A stretch of 64,000 bases of DNA, taken from assembly GCA_052327205.1 (NCBI GenBank), contig CM126209.1:270134001-270198000 (forward strand). The letters run 5' to 3'. Origin of the DNA: Somniosus microcephalus. Lineage: Eukaryota. Within the stretch, counting starts at the first letter, position 1, and the number at the start of each line of letters is the position of its first letter. Shown piece after piece: positions 23,969 through 36,999 of the stretch. The notes beneath the pieces are model-generated. The model did not search any database. It was not told the DNA's origin and saw only the letters and a program-made list of their open reading frames with translations. A program made the translations under genes and the position numbers.

Positions 23969-24469
23969 GGGCTGAATTATGAGAAGAGACGTGAGGAGAT
24001 CATTAATAGAATGGAAACGGTAAATCTGGAATATTACAAAATTAAACTGTGCGAGCAGAACTAGAGGCCTGGGTCCAAATAATTGAAGAAACAGTTGATG
24101 TAGCAATGGCGGGGGGTGGGCCGGGGGTCCGTGAGATGTGGGGTCTTCTTGGGAGGATGCATATAGATGGGATGAATGGCTTTCCTCATCTGGAAGGATC
24201 TTGGGAATGTGCTCGAGCGGGAAAAACCATTCAATCTATCTGGCCAGTCCTAGAGTCCAACAGATTACGCAGCTCACGACTGATGGCCCTCCATTGATTT
24301 TCCTCACCAAATGTCAATTCAAGCTCCTGTTAGAGTTACTTATATCGATTACCTCCCTGTAAAGTCCATTCCAAATACTTCCCCACTGAGTACAATAGTT
24401 CTATTTGTTCTGTCCTTTCCCCTCTGTGAGCAGTATTTCTATCTGATCTATCCATTCCTCACCTCTGTG

Positions 24470-25075
24470 TACAATACAGCATTCAGTTCCATTCGCAACT
24501 CCTCAGATAATGAAGCAGTCCAGGCCCGCATGCAGCAAGACCTGGACGACATTCAGGCTTGGGCTGGTAAGTGGCAAGTAACATTCGTGCCACACAAGTG
24601 CCAGGCAATGACTATCTCCAACAAGCGAGAGTCTAACCACCTCCCCTTGACATTCAAAGGCATTACCATCGCCGAAACCCCCACCATCAAATCCTGGGGG
24701 TCACCATTGACCAGAACCTTTACTGGACCAGTCACATAAATACTGTGGCAACAAGAGCAGGTCAGAGGCTGGGTATTCTGCGGCGAGTGTCTCACCTCCT
24801 GACTCCCCAAAGCCTTTCCACCATCTACAAGGCACAAGTCAGGAGTGTGATGGAATACTCTCCACTTGCCTGGGTGAGTGCAGCTCCAACAACACTCAAG
24901 AAGCTCGACACCATCCAGGACAAAGCAGCCCACTTGATTGGCACCCCATCCACCACCTTAAACATTCACTCCCTCCACCACCGTGTACCGTGGCTGCAGT
25001 GTGTACCATCTACAAGATGCACTGCAGCAACTCGCCAAGGCTTCTTCGACAGCACCTCCCAAACCCGCGACATCT
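24470..25075 (+). mobile_element. Fragment of the second CR1-clade family
   Basis: MQQDLDDIQAWAGKWQVTF, YKAQVRSVMEYS. Confidence 0.85.
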
Positions 25076-27585
25076 ACAACAACAACAACTTGTATTTATG
25101 TAGCGCCTTTAACGTAGTAAAACGTCCCAAGGCGCTTCACAGGAGTATTATAAGACCAAAAAAAATTGACACCGAGCCACATAAGGAGGAATTAGGGCAG
25201 GTGACCAAAAGCTTGGTCAAAGAGGGAGGTTTTAAGGAGCACCTTAAAGGAGGGAAGAGAGGTAATGAGGCGGAGAGGTTTAGGGAGGGAATTCAAGAGC
25301 TCAGAGCCGAGGCAACAGAAGGCACGGCCACCAATGGTGGAGTGATTATAATCAGGGATGCTCAAGAGGGTAGAATTGGAGGAGGGCAGATATCTCAGGG
25401 GGTTGTGGGGCTGAAGGAGATTACAGAGATAACATAAGTACATAAAAACATAAGAAATAGGAGCAGGAGTAGGCCATCCAGCCCTTCGAGCCTGCCTCGC
25501 CATTCAATGAGATCATGGCTGATCTTCTGCTTCAACTCCATTCACCGGCCCTATCGCCATATCCCTTGATGCCCTTACTAGTCAGAAATCTATCGACTTC
25601 TGTTTTGAATATACCCAATGACTGAGCCTCCACAGCCCTCTGGGGTAGAGAATTCCAAAGATTCACCACCCTCTGTGTGAAGAAATTTCTCCTCATCTCA
25701 GTCCTGAATGGCCGATCCTTTATCCTGAGGCTGTGGCCCCTGGTTCTAGATTCCCCAGCCAAGGGAAACATTCTCCCAGCATCCATCCTATCAAGCCCTG
25801 TAATAATTTTGTACGCTTCAATGAGATCCCCTCTCATTCTTCTGAATTCAAGAGAATACAGGCCTAGTTTACTCAATCTCTTCTCATACGACAGTCCCAC
25901 CATCCCAGGAATCAATCTCGTGAACCTTCATTGCACTCCCTCTATGGCAAGTATATCCTTCCTTACGTAAGGAGACCAAAATTGTACACAGTACTCCAGG
26001 TGTGGTCTCACCAAGGCCCTATATAATTAGACTAAGACTTCTTTACTCCTGTACTCAAATCCTCTTGTAATGAAGGCCAGCATACCATTTGCCTTCCTAA
26101 TGGCTTGCTGCACCTGCACATTCACTTTCAGTGACTCATGTACAAGGACACCCAGTTCCCTTTGAGCATCTGCATTCCCCAATCTTTCACCATTTAGGAA
26201 ATACTCTGCCTTTCTGTTTTTTCTACCAAAGTGGATAACTTCACATTTATCCACATTATATTCCATCTGCCTTGTTCTCGCCCACTCACTGAGCCTGTCG
26301 AGATCCCCTTGAAGCCTCTTCACATTCTCTTCACAACTGACACTGCCACCTAGCTTTGTATCATCAGCAAATTTGGAAATGTTACATTTAGTCCCCTCAT
26401 CCAAATCATTGATATAGATTGTGAATAGCTGGGGCCCAAGTACCGATCCTTGCGGTACCCCACTAGTCACAGCCTACCATCCTGAAAAAGACCCATTTAT
26501 CCCTACTCTCTGTTTTCTGTTTGTTAACCAATTCTCAATCCATGCTAGTATATTACCCCCAATTCTGTTCACCAACCTCTTGTGTGGGACCTTATCGAAG
26601 GCCTTCTGAAAATCCAAATACACCACATCTACCGGTTCCCCTTTGTCTATTCCACTAGTTACATCCTCAAAGTACTCCAATAGGTTTGGCAAACAGGATT
26701 TCCCTTTCATAAATCCATGTTGACTCTATAGGGATAGGGAGGGGCGAGGCCAGGGAGAGATTTGAAAACAAGGATGAGAATTTTGAAATCGAGACGTTGC
26801 TTAACTGGGAGCCAATGTAGGTCAGCGAGCACAGGGGTGATGGGCGAACGGGACTTGGTGCGAGTTAGGACACGGGCAGCAGAGTTTTGGATGACCTCAA
26901 GTTTACGTGGCGTAGAATGTGGGAGGCCAGCCAGGAGTGTGTTGGAATAATCAAGTCTAGAGGTAACAAAGGCATGGATGAGGGTTTCTGCAGTGGATGA
27001 GCTGAGGCAAGGGCGGAGACGGGCGATGTTACGGAGGTGGAAATAGGCGGTCTTTGTTATGCGGCGGATATGTGGTCGGAAGCTCATTTCAGGGTCAAAT
27101 ATGACACCAAGGTTGCGAACAGTGTGGTTCAGCCTCAGACAGTTGTTAGGGAGAGGGATGGAGTCAGTGGACAAGGAATGGAGTTTGTGGCGGGAACCGA
27201 AAACAATGGCTTCGGTCTTCCCAATATTTACTTTGAGAAAATTTCTGCTCATCCAGAACTGGATGTCGGACAAGCAGTCTGACAATTTAGAGACCGTTGA
27301 GGGGTCAAGAGAAGAGGTGGTGAGGTAGAGCTGGGTCTCATCAACTGACGCTGTGTTTTCGGATGATGTCGCCAAGGGGCAGCATGTAGATGAGAAATAG
27401 GAGGGGGCCAAGGATAGATCCTTGGGGGACACCAGAGGTAACGATGCGGGATGGGAAGAGAAGCCATTGCAGGTGATTTTTCTGGCTACGATTAGATAGA
27501 TAAAAATGGAACCAGGCGAGTGCAGTCCCACCCAGCTGGACGACGGTGGAGAGGCGCTGGAGAAGGATGGAGTGGTCAACCGTGT
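25076..27585 (-). mobile_element. L2 LINE (25076-25430 plus 26728-27585) interrupted by a CR1 (25431-26727)
   Basis: L2 motifs FVTSRLDYSN, QNSAARVLT, LHWLPVKQRLDFK and an L2 tail. The inner CR1 has [10 protein letters not shown] and KFADD. Confidence 0.88.
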
Positions 27586-28114
27586 CTACCACCTAGAAGG
27601 ACAAGGGCAGCAGGTGCATGGGAACACCACCACCTCCAAGTTCCCCTCCAAGTCACACACCATCCTGAGTGGAAATATATCAGCCGTTCCTTCATCGTCG
27701 CTGGGTCAAAATCCTGGAACTCCCTCCCTAACAGCACTGTGGGAGCACCTTCACCACACGGACTGCAGCGGTTCAAGAAGGCGGCTCACCACCACCTTCT
27801 CAAGGGCAATTAGGGATGGGCAATAAATGCTGGGCTTGCCAGCGACGCCCACATTCCAGGAATGAATACAAAAAATAGTTTTATCTGATCTGTCCATTCC
27901 CCTGTGTGAAGTAGTTTTATCTGATCTGTCCATTCACCCCTCTTCTCCATCCCATGCCCTCTCGTTGTCATGCTTGGTGCCATGATAAACACTTTCTCAG
28001 GGTTCAACATGTCCATACTTTATGGATCTTGAAAGCCTCAATAAGATCCTCTGAGACAGCTCTTGGTTTCATTGTATTCTGCTTACTCAACTTCAAGAAT
28101 GTGACGATTCTCTG

Positions 28115-29455
28115 GATGGAAGGTGTCGTCGACAGTGCTATCAAGCGGCACTTGCTCAGCAATAACCTGCTAACTGACGCCCAGTTTGGGTTCCGCCAGG
28201 GCCACTCAGCTCCAGACCTCATTACAGCCTTGGTCCAAACATGGACAAAAGAGCTGAACTCAAGAGGTGAGGTGAGAGTGACTGCCCTTGACATCAAGGC
28301 AGCATTTGATCGAGTGTGGCATCAAGGAGCCCTAGCAAAACTGAAGTCAATGGGAATCAAGGGGAAAACTCTCCATTGGTTGGAATCATACCTAGCACAA
28401 AGGAAGTTGGCTGTGGTTGTTGGAGGTCATTCATCTCAATCACATGACATCACTGCAGGAGTTCCTCAGGGCAGTGTCCTAGGCCCAACCATCTTCAGCT
28501 GTTTCATCAATGACCTTCCCTCCATCATAAGGTCAGAAGTGGGGATCTTCGCTGATGATTGCACACTGTTCAGCACCATTCAAGACTCGTCAGATACTGA
28601 CGCAGTCCGTGTCCATATGCAGCAAGACCTGGACAACATTCAGACTTGGGCTGACAAGTGGCAAGTAACATTCGCACCACACAAGTGTCAGGCAATGACC
28701 ATCTCCAACAAGCGAGACTCTAACCATCTCCCCTTGACATTCAATGGCATTACCATCGCTGAATCCCCCACTATCAACATCCTGGGGGTTACCATTGATC
28801 AGAAACTGAACTGGACCTGCCATATAAATACTGTGGCTACAAGAGCAGGCCAGAGGCTGGGAATTCTGCGGCGAGTGTCTCACCTCCTGACTCCCCAAAG
28901 CCTTTCCACCATCTACAAGGCACAAGTCAGGAGTGTGATGGAATACTCTCCACTTGCCTGGATGAGTGCAACTCCGACAACACTCAAGAAGCTCGACACC
29001 ATTCAGGATAAAGCAGCCCGCTTGATTGGCACCCCATCCACCACCTTCAACATTCACTCCCTCCACCACCGGTGCACTGTGGCTGCAGTGTGTACCATCT
29101 ACAAGATGCACTGCAGCAACTCGCCAAAGCTCCTTCAACAGCACCTTCCAAACCCGCGACCTCTACCACTTAGAAGGACAAGGGCAGCAGATGCATGGGA
29201 ACATCACCACCTACGAGTTCCCCTCCAAGCCACACACCATCCTGACTTGGACCTGTATCGCCGATCCTTCACTGTCGCTGGGCCAAAATCCTGGAACTCC
29301 CTTCCTAACAGCATTGTGGGTGTACCTACACCATATGGACTGCAGCGGTTCAAGAAGGCGGCTCACCACCATCTTCTCAAGGGCAATTAGGGATGGGCAC
29401 TAAATGCAGGCCTAGCCAGCGACGCCCACATCCCATCAATGAATTTTAAAAAAAA
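28115..29455 (+). mobile_element. Second CR1-clade LINE family, RT and 3' end, ORF uninterrupted
   Basis: [35 protein letters not shown]-rich tail at about 29450. A further 3' fragment lies at 27586-27872. Confidence 0.92.
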
Positions 29456-29644
29456 GTGTCAATCTGCAGATTGCTTTTGGCATGGGCTGCAGGAGGAGAT
29501 ACAATAAGAGGGTAGAGTACATGATAGGGGAGTGTAAATAGGCTGTGGGAGGAGATTACATGGGTGGATAGAGGCCATGATATGGTAGAGTGTAAATAGG
29601 TTGTGGGAGGAGATTAAATGGGTAGGATAGGGTAATCTCTGCTT

Positions 29645-30515
29645 GTCCTACTCACTCTCTGCTGGTCCCCACTCTCTCTGCTGGTCCCCACTCACTCTGC
29701 TGGTCCCCACTCTCTCTGCTGGTCCTGCTCACTCTCTGCTGGTCCCACTCACTCGCTGCTGGTCCCACTCGCTCTCTGCTGGTCCCACTCACTCTCTGCT
29801 GGTCCCGCTCACTCTCTGCTGGTCCTACTCACTCTCTGCTGGTCCCCACTCACTCTCTGCTCTCACTCTCTGCTGGTCCCCACTCTCTCTCTCTGCTGGT
29901 CCCCACTCTCTGCTGGTCCTACTCGCTCTCTGCTGGTCCCACTCTCTCTCTGCTGGTCCCAACTCTCTCTGCTGATCCCACTCTCTCTCTCTGCTGGTCC
30001 CTTGTCTATCTCTGCTGGTCCCCTCTCTCTCTCTGCTGGTCCTATTCGCTCTCTGCTGGTCCCCACTCTCTCTCTGCTGGTCCCATTCATTCTCTGCTGG
30101 TCCCACTCACTCTCTGCTGGTCCCACTCTCTCTCTGCTGGTCCCCACTCACTCTCTGCTGGTCCCCACTCTCTCTCTGCTGGTCCCACTCTCTCTGCTGG
30201 TCCCACTTTCTGCTGGTCCCCACTCTCTCTCTGCTGGTCCCACTCTCTGCTGGTCCTACTCACTCTCTGCTGGTCCCAGTCTCTCTCTGCTGGTCCCTAC
30301 TCACTCTCTGCTGGTCCCCACTCTCCCTCTGCTGGTCCTACTCTCTCTCTGCTGGTCCCACTCACTCTCTGCTGGTCCCACTCTCTCTCTGCTGGTCCCC
30401 ACTCCCTGCTGGTCCCACTCTCCCTCTGCTGGTCCAACTCTCTCTCTCTGCTGGTCCCACTCGCTCTCTGCTGGTCCCCACTCGCTCTCTGCTGGTCCCA
30501 CTCTCTCTCTGCTGG
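29645..30515. repeat. Pyrimidine-rich minisatellite (CTCTCTGCTGGTCCC core, about 19-27 bp unit)
   Basis: Directly visible tandem array. Confidence 0.97.
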
Positions 30516-30718
30516 TGCCGTTCGGTTTTGCGGGGGACAGGTCGCTGATTCTGTGCTGAATCCCGGGTCCGGTTGGTGGGTCCGGGGTGTGATTTCGGTG
30601 ATTGGCCTTTCGCTTCTCTGATCCGCCAACTCTCCTGGGAATCCAGTCCGATATTCCGGCTCCAGGTGCATCATTCCCAGCGGATTCCCGTCCCCCGGGT
30701 CTCCGGATTCAGCCGAGC

Positions 30719-30727
30719 ATGGAGCAG
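30719..30727 (+). CDS. MAT2B: Candidate alternative first coding exon of MAT2B (M-E-Q), like isoform V2
   Basis: gccgagcATGGAGCAG|gtaggc: strong Kozak context and a phase-0 donor compatible with exon 2. It closes a 200-bp CpG-rich unique segment. The first exon of human V2 ends ..DMEQ. Confidence 0.65.
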
Positions 30728-30940
30728 GTAGGCTGGGAAAGATTGTGCCAGGGATCTTGTCCAATTATTATTAAATAACATTTATTGCTGAAACTTTTGG
30801 CCCCGCCACTGAAATATAAGCATTCTCTGGGAACTTCACTGAGAACAAAGACCTTTGTATCATCTCCAGGTCCATTTGAACCCAGAGTCTTGCCCCGGGT
30901 TCGGCTAAAGTATCTTCTTAAACCCCATTAAATGGAATGG

Positions 30941-33900
30941 GGGAGACTGGGGTCCACAGGGGGAGAGAGACTGGGGTCCACAGGGGGAGACTGGGGTCCA
31001 CAGGGGGAGAGAGACTGGGGTCCACAGGGGGAGACTGGGGTCCACAGGGGGAGAGAGACTGGGGTCCACAGGGGGAGAGAGACTGGGGTCCACAGCGGGG
31101 GAGAGACTGGGGTCCACAGGGGGAGACTGGGGTCCACGGGGGGAGAGAGACTGGGGTTCACAGGGGGAGAGAGACTGGGGTCCACGGGGAGAGAGAGACT
31201 GGGGTCCACAGGGGGGGAGAGACTGGGGTCCACAGGGAGAGAGAGACTGGGGTCCACGGGGAGAGAGAGACTGGGGTCCACGGGGGGAGAGAGACTGGGG
31301 TCCACGGGGGGAGAGAGACTGGGGTCCACGGGGGGAGAGAGACTGGGGTCCACGGGGGGAGAGAGACTGGGGTTCACAGCGGGGGAGAGAGACTGGGGTC
31401 CACAGGGAGAGAGAGACTGGGGTCCACAGGGAGAGAGAGACTGGGGTCCACAGGGAGAGAGAGACTGGGGTCCACAGGGGGAGAGAGACTGGGGTCCACA
31501 GGGGGAGAGACTGGGGTTCACAGCGGGGGAGAGAGACTGGGGTCCACAGGGGGAGAGACTGGGGTTCACAGCGGGGGAGAGAGACTGGGGTCCACAGGGA
31601 GAGAGACTGGGGTCCACAGGGGGGGAGAGACTGGGGTTCACAGCGGGGGAGAGAGACTGGGGTCCACAGGGAGAGAGACTGGGGTCCACAGGGAGAGAGA
31701 GACTGGGGTCCACAGGGGGAGAGAGACTGGGGTCCACAGGGGGGGAGAGACTGGGGTCCACAGGGGGGGAGAGACTGGGGTCCACAGGGGGGGAGAGACT
31801 GGGGTTCACAGCGGGGGAGAGAGACTGGGGTCCACAGGGAGAGAGACTGGGGTCCACAGGGAGAGAGAGACTGGGGTCCACAGGGGGAGAGAGACTGGGG
31901 TCCACAGGGGGGGAGAGACTGGGGTCCACAGTGGGGGGGAGAGACTGGGGTCCACAGGGGGAGAGAGACTGGGGTCCACAGGGGGAGAGAGACTGGGGTC
32001 CACAGGGGGAGAGAGACTGGGGTCCACAGGGGGAGAGAGACTGGGGTCCACAGGGAGAGAGAGACTGGGGTCCACAGGGGGAGAGAGACTGGGGTCCACA
32101 GGGAGAGAGAGACTGGGGTCCACAGGGAGAGAGAGACTGGGGTCCACAGGGAGAGAGAGACTGGGGTCCACAGGGAGAGAGACTGGGGTCCACAGGGAGA
32201 GAGAGACTGGGGTCCACAGGGAGAGAGAGACTGGGGTCCACAGGGAGAGAGAGACTGGGGTCCACAGGGAGAGAGACTGGGGTCCACAGGGAGAGAGAGA
32301 CTGGGGTCCACAGGGAGAGAGAGACTGGGGTCCACAGGGAGAGAGAGACTGGGGTCCACAGGGAGAGAGAGACTGGGGTCCACAGGGAGAGAGAGACTGG
32401 GGTCCACAGGGAGAGAGAGACTGGGGTCCACAGGGAGAGAGAGACTGGGGTCCACAGGGGGAGAGAGACTGGGGTCCACAGGGGGAGAGAGACTGGGGTC
32501 CACAGCGGGGGAGAGACTGGGGTCCACAGGGGGGGAGAGACTGGGGTCCACAGGGGGAGAGAGACTGGGGTCCACAGGGGGGGGGAGAGACTGGGGTCCA
32601 CAGGGGGGGGAGAGACTGGGGTCCACAGGGGGGGGAGAGACTGGGGTCCACAGGGGGGGAGAGACTGGGGTCCACAGGGGGGGGAGAGACTGGGGTCCAC
32701 AGGGGGAGAGAGACTGGGGTCCACAGGGGGAGAGAGACTGGGGTCCACAGGGGGAGAGACTGGGGTTCACAGCGGGGGAGAGAGACTGGGGTCCACAGGG
32801 AGAGAGACTGGGGTCCACAGGGAGAGAGAGACTGGGGTCCACAGGGGGAGAGAGACAGGGGTCCACAGGGGGGGGGAGACTGGGGTCCACAGTGGGGGGG
32901 AGAGACTGGGGTCCACAGGGGGAGAGAGACTGGGGTCCACAGGGGGAGAGAGACTGGGGTCCACAGGGGGAGAGAGACTGGGGTCCACAGGGGGAGAGAG
33001 ACTGGGGTCCACAGGGGGAGAGAGACTGGGGTCCACAGGGGGAGAGACTGGGGTCCACAGGGAGAGAGAGACTGGGGTCCACAGGGGGAGAGAGACTGGG
33101 GTCCACAGGGAGAGAGAGACTGGGGTCCACAGGGAGAGAGAGACTGGGGTCCACAGGGAGAGAGAGACTGGGGTCCACAGGGAGAGAGACTGGGGTCCAC
33201 AGGGGGAGAGAGAGACTGGGGTCCACAGGAGGAGAGAGACTGGGGTCCACGGGGGGGGGAGAGACTGGGGTCCACAGGGGGAGAGAGACTGGGGTCCACA
33301 GGGGGAGAGAGACTGGGGTCCACAGGGAGAGAGACTGGGGTCCACAGGGAGAGAGAGACTGGGGTCCACAGGGGGAGAGAGACTGGGGTCCACAGGGGGA
33401 GAGAGACTGGGGTCCACAGCGGGGGAGAGACTGGGGTCCACAGGGGGGGAGAGACTGGGGTCCACAGGGGGAGAGAGACTGGGGTCCACAGGGGGAGAGA
33501 GACTGGGGTCCACAGGGGGGGGAGAGACTGGGGTCCACAGGGGGAGAGAGACTGGGGTCCACAGGGGGGGAGAGACTGGGGTCCACAGGGGGGGAGAGAC
33601 TGGGGTCCACAGGGGTGGAGCGACTGGGGTCCACAGGGGGAGAGAGACTGGGGTCCACAGGGGGAGAGAGACTGGGGTCCACAGGGGGAGAGAGACTGGG
33701 GTCCACAGGGGGAGAGAGACTGGGGTCCACGGGCAGAGAGAGACTGGGGTCCACCGGGAGAGAGAGACTGGGGTCCACAGGGGGAGAGAGACTGGGGTCC
33801 ACAGGGGGAAGAGAGACTGGGGTCCACAGGGGGAGAGAGACTGGGGTCCACAGGGGGAGAGAGACTGGGGTCCACAGCGGGGGAGAGACTGGGGTCCACA

Positions 33901-34163
33901 GGGAGAGAGAGACTGGGGTCCACAGGGAGAGAGACTGGGGTCCACAGGGGAGAGAGAGACTGGGGTCCACAGGGGAGAGAGAGACTGGGGTCCACAGGGG
34001 TGGAGAGACTAGGTTCCACAGGGGGAGACTGGGGTCCACAGGGAGACAGACTGGGGTCCACAGGGAGACAGACTGGGGTCCACAGGGGGAGAGAGACTGG
34101 GGTCCACAGGGAGACAGACTGGGGTCCACAGGGAGACAGACTGGGGTCCACAGGGGGAGAGAC
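30941..34163. repeat. G-rich minisatellite (CTGGGGTCCACAGGGGGAGAGAGA, about 24 bp), 3.2 kb
   Basis: Directly visible array. An isolated monomer occurs at 38544-38562. Confidence 0.98.
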
Positions 34164-36286
34164 TGCAGAGATAGTGGATGCATTGGTTGTGATCTTCCAA
34201 TCCGTTGGGATCGTTCCTGAATCTTGGGAATTTTGGAAGGTAGCAAATGTAACACTGCTATTCAAGAAAGGAGAGAGCGAAAAAACAGGGAACTACAGGC
34301 CAGTTAGCCTGACATCAGTTATCGGGAACATGCTGGAATCCATTGTTAAGGAAATGTTAACAGGGCACTTAGAAAATCATAATCTGACTAGGCAGAGTCA
34401 ACATGGTTTTATGAAAGGGAAATTGTGTTTGACAAGTTTTTTGAGGATGTAACTAGCAGCGTAGATGAAGGGGAACCAGTCGATGTAGTGTATTTGGATT
34501 TCCAAAAGGCATTCGATAAGGTGCCACATAAAAGGTTATTACACAAGATTAGGGGGGACCTGATTGAGGTGTACAAAATAATGAGGGGCATAGATAGGGT
34601 AGATAAAGAGGAACTTTTCCCCTTAGTGGGGGGGTCAATAACAAGGGGGCATAGATTCAGGGTAAGGGGCAGGAGATTTAGAGGGGATTTGAGGAGGAAC
34701 TTTTTCACCCAGAGGGTGGTTGGAGTGTGGAACTCAATGCCTGAAAGGGTGGTGGAGGCAGGAACCCTCACAACATTCAAGAAGCATTTGGATGAGCACT
34801 TGAAATGCCATTGCATGCAAGGCTATGGACCAAATGCTGGAAAATGGGATTAGACTGGACAGGGATGGATGGGCGGCGCAGACACGATGGGCCGAAGGGC
34901 CTCTTTCTGTGCTGTAAAACTCTATGACTCTAGGGCTCATGAGATTGGGGGTAATATAGTAGCATGGATAGAGGATTGGTTAACGGACAGAAAACAGAGA
35001 GTAGGATAAACGGATCTTTTTCAGGTTGGCAGGCTGTAACTAGTGGGGTGCCACAAGGATCAGTGTTGGGGCCTCAGCTATTTACAATCTATATTAATGA
35101 CCGAGATGAAGGGACCGAGTGTAATGTATCCAAGTTTTCTGACGATACAAAGCTAGGTGGGACAGTAAGCTGTGAGGAGAACACAGAGTCTGCTAAGGGA
35201 TATAGATAGACTGAGTGAGTGGGCAGTAAGGTGGCAGATGGAGTATAATGTGGGGAAATGTGAGGTTATTCACTTTGGTAGGAAGAATAGAAAAACAGAA
35301 TATTTTTTGAATAGTGAGAAACTATTAAATGTTGGTGTTCAGAGAGATTTAGGTGTCCTCGTACAGGAAACAGGGAGAGCTAGCGTGCAGGTACAGCAAG
35401 CAATAAGGAAGGCAAATGGCCTGTTGGCCTTTATTGCAAGGGGGTTGGAGTATAAGAGTAAGGAAGTCTTGCTACAATTGTACAGAACCTTGGTGAGAAT
35501 GAGAGGTGATCTCATTGAAACATACACGATTCTGAGGGGGATTGACAGGGTAGATGCAGGGAGGATGTTTCCCCCTGGCTGGGGAGTCTAGAACTAGGGG
35601 TCACAGTCTCAGGATAAGGGGTCGACCATTTAGGACTGAGATGGGGAGGAATTTCTTCACTCAGAGGGTGGTGAATCTTTGGAATTCTCTGCCCCAGAGG
35701 GCTGTGGAGGCTCAGTCGTTGAGTATATTCAAGGCTGAGATCGATAGATTTTTGGACTCTCGGGGAATCCAGTCCAGTTCCAAGGTCGTTCCATCCTCTG
35801 TCGTCGAATTACAGTATGCAGACGACCCTTGCATCTGCGCTCACTCAGAGGTCGAACTCCAAACCATTGTCAACACCTTCACCGAAGCATACGAGAGCAT
35901 GGGCCTTACACTAAACATCCGTAAGACAAAGGTCCTCTACCAACCTGCCCCCGCCACACTGTACTGCCCCCCAACTATCAAAATCCACGACAAGGCCTTG
36001 GACAACGTGGACCACTTTCCATACCTCGGGAGCTTACTGTCAACAAGGGCAGACGTCGACGATGAAGTCCAACACCGCCTTCAGTGTGCCAGTGCAGCCT
36101 TCGGTCGCCTGAGGAAGAGAGTGTTTGAAGACCAGGACCTCAAACCCGGCACTAAGCTCATGGTCTACAGAGCAGCAGTGATACCCGCCCTGCTGTATGC
36201 CTCAGAGACATGGACCATGTACAGCAGGCACTTCAAAGCACTGGAGAGGTACCACCAACGCTGCCTCCGCAAGATCCTGCAAATCC

Positions 36287-36601
36287 GGGCAGCACGGTGG
36301 CATAGTGGTTAGCACTATTGCCTCACAGCGCCAGGGACCCGAGTTCGAATCCGGCCTCGGGCGACTGTCTGTGTGGAGTTTGCACATTCTCCCCGTGTTT
36401 GCGTGGGTTTCCTCCGGGTGCTCCGGTTTCCTCCCACAGTCCAAAGATGTGCGAGTTAGGTTGATTGGCTATGATAAATTGACCCTTAGTGTTAGGGGGA
36501 TTAAATACGTGGGGTTACGGGGATCGGGTGGGATATGTGTCGGTGCAGGCTCGATGGGCCGAAATGGCCTCTATCCGCACTGTGGGGTTTCTGTGATTCT
36601 G
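36287..36601 (+). mobile_element. tRNA-derived V-SINE (HE1-like)
   Basis: A box TGGCATAGTGG, B box GTTCGAATCC, V-domain gtgtggagtttgcacattctccccgtg..gggtttcctccgggtgctccggtttcctcccac, CR1-type tail, duplication AAATCC. Confidence 0.9.
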
Positions 36602-36999
36602 AAATCCATTGGCAGGATAGGCGCACCAACGTCGGTGTTCTTGCTCGGGCCAACATCCCCAGCATCGAAGCTTTGACCACGCTTGATCAGCTCCAATGGA
36701 CGGGTCACATTGTCTGCATGCCCGATACGAGACTCCAAAACAAGCGCTTTACTCGGAGCTCCGACACGGCAAGAGAGCCCCGGGTGGGCAGAGGAAACGC
36801 TTCAAGGACACCCTCAAAGCCTCCTTGGAAAAAGTGTAACATCCCCACTGACCCCTGGGAATCCCTGGCCCAAGACTGCACAAAGTGGAGGAGAAGCATC
36901 CGGGAAGGCGCCGAACACCTCGAGTCTCTTCGCCGGGAGCAAGTGGAAGTCAAGTGCAGGCAGCGCAAGCAGCGCGCTTCAACCCAAGCACCCCACCCA

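Noticed and set aside
27876-27935. Direct duplication TAGTTTTATCTGATCTGTCCATTC
   Set aside because: A small two-copy local duplication in decayed CR1-like sequence, with no further structure.
30905-34452. ORFs of 400-1170 aa
   Set aside because: Translations of the 24-bp satellite, with no frame preference.
36287-36360. tRNA gene
   Set aside because: The A and B boxes are the head of a V-SINE that has a LINE-type tail and a target duplication.
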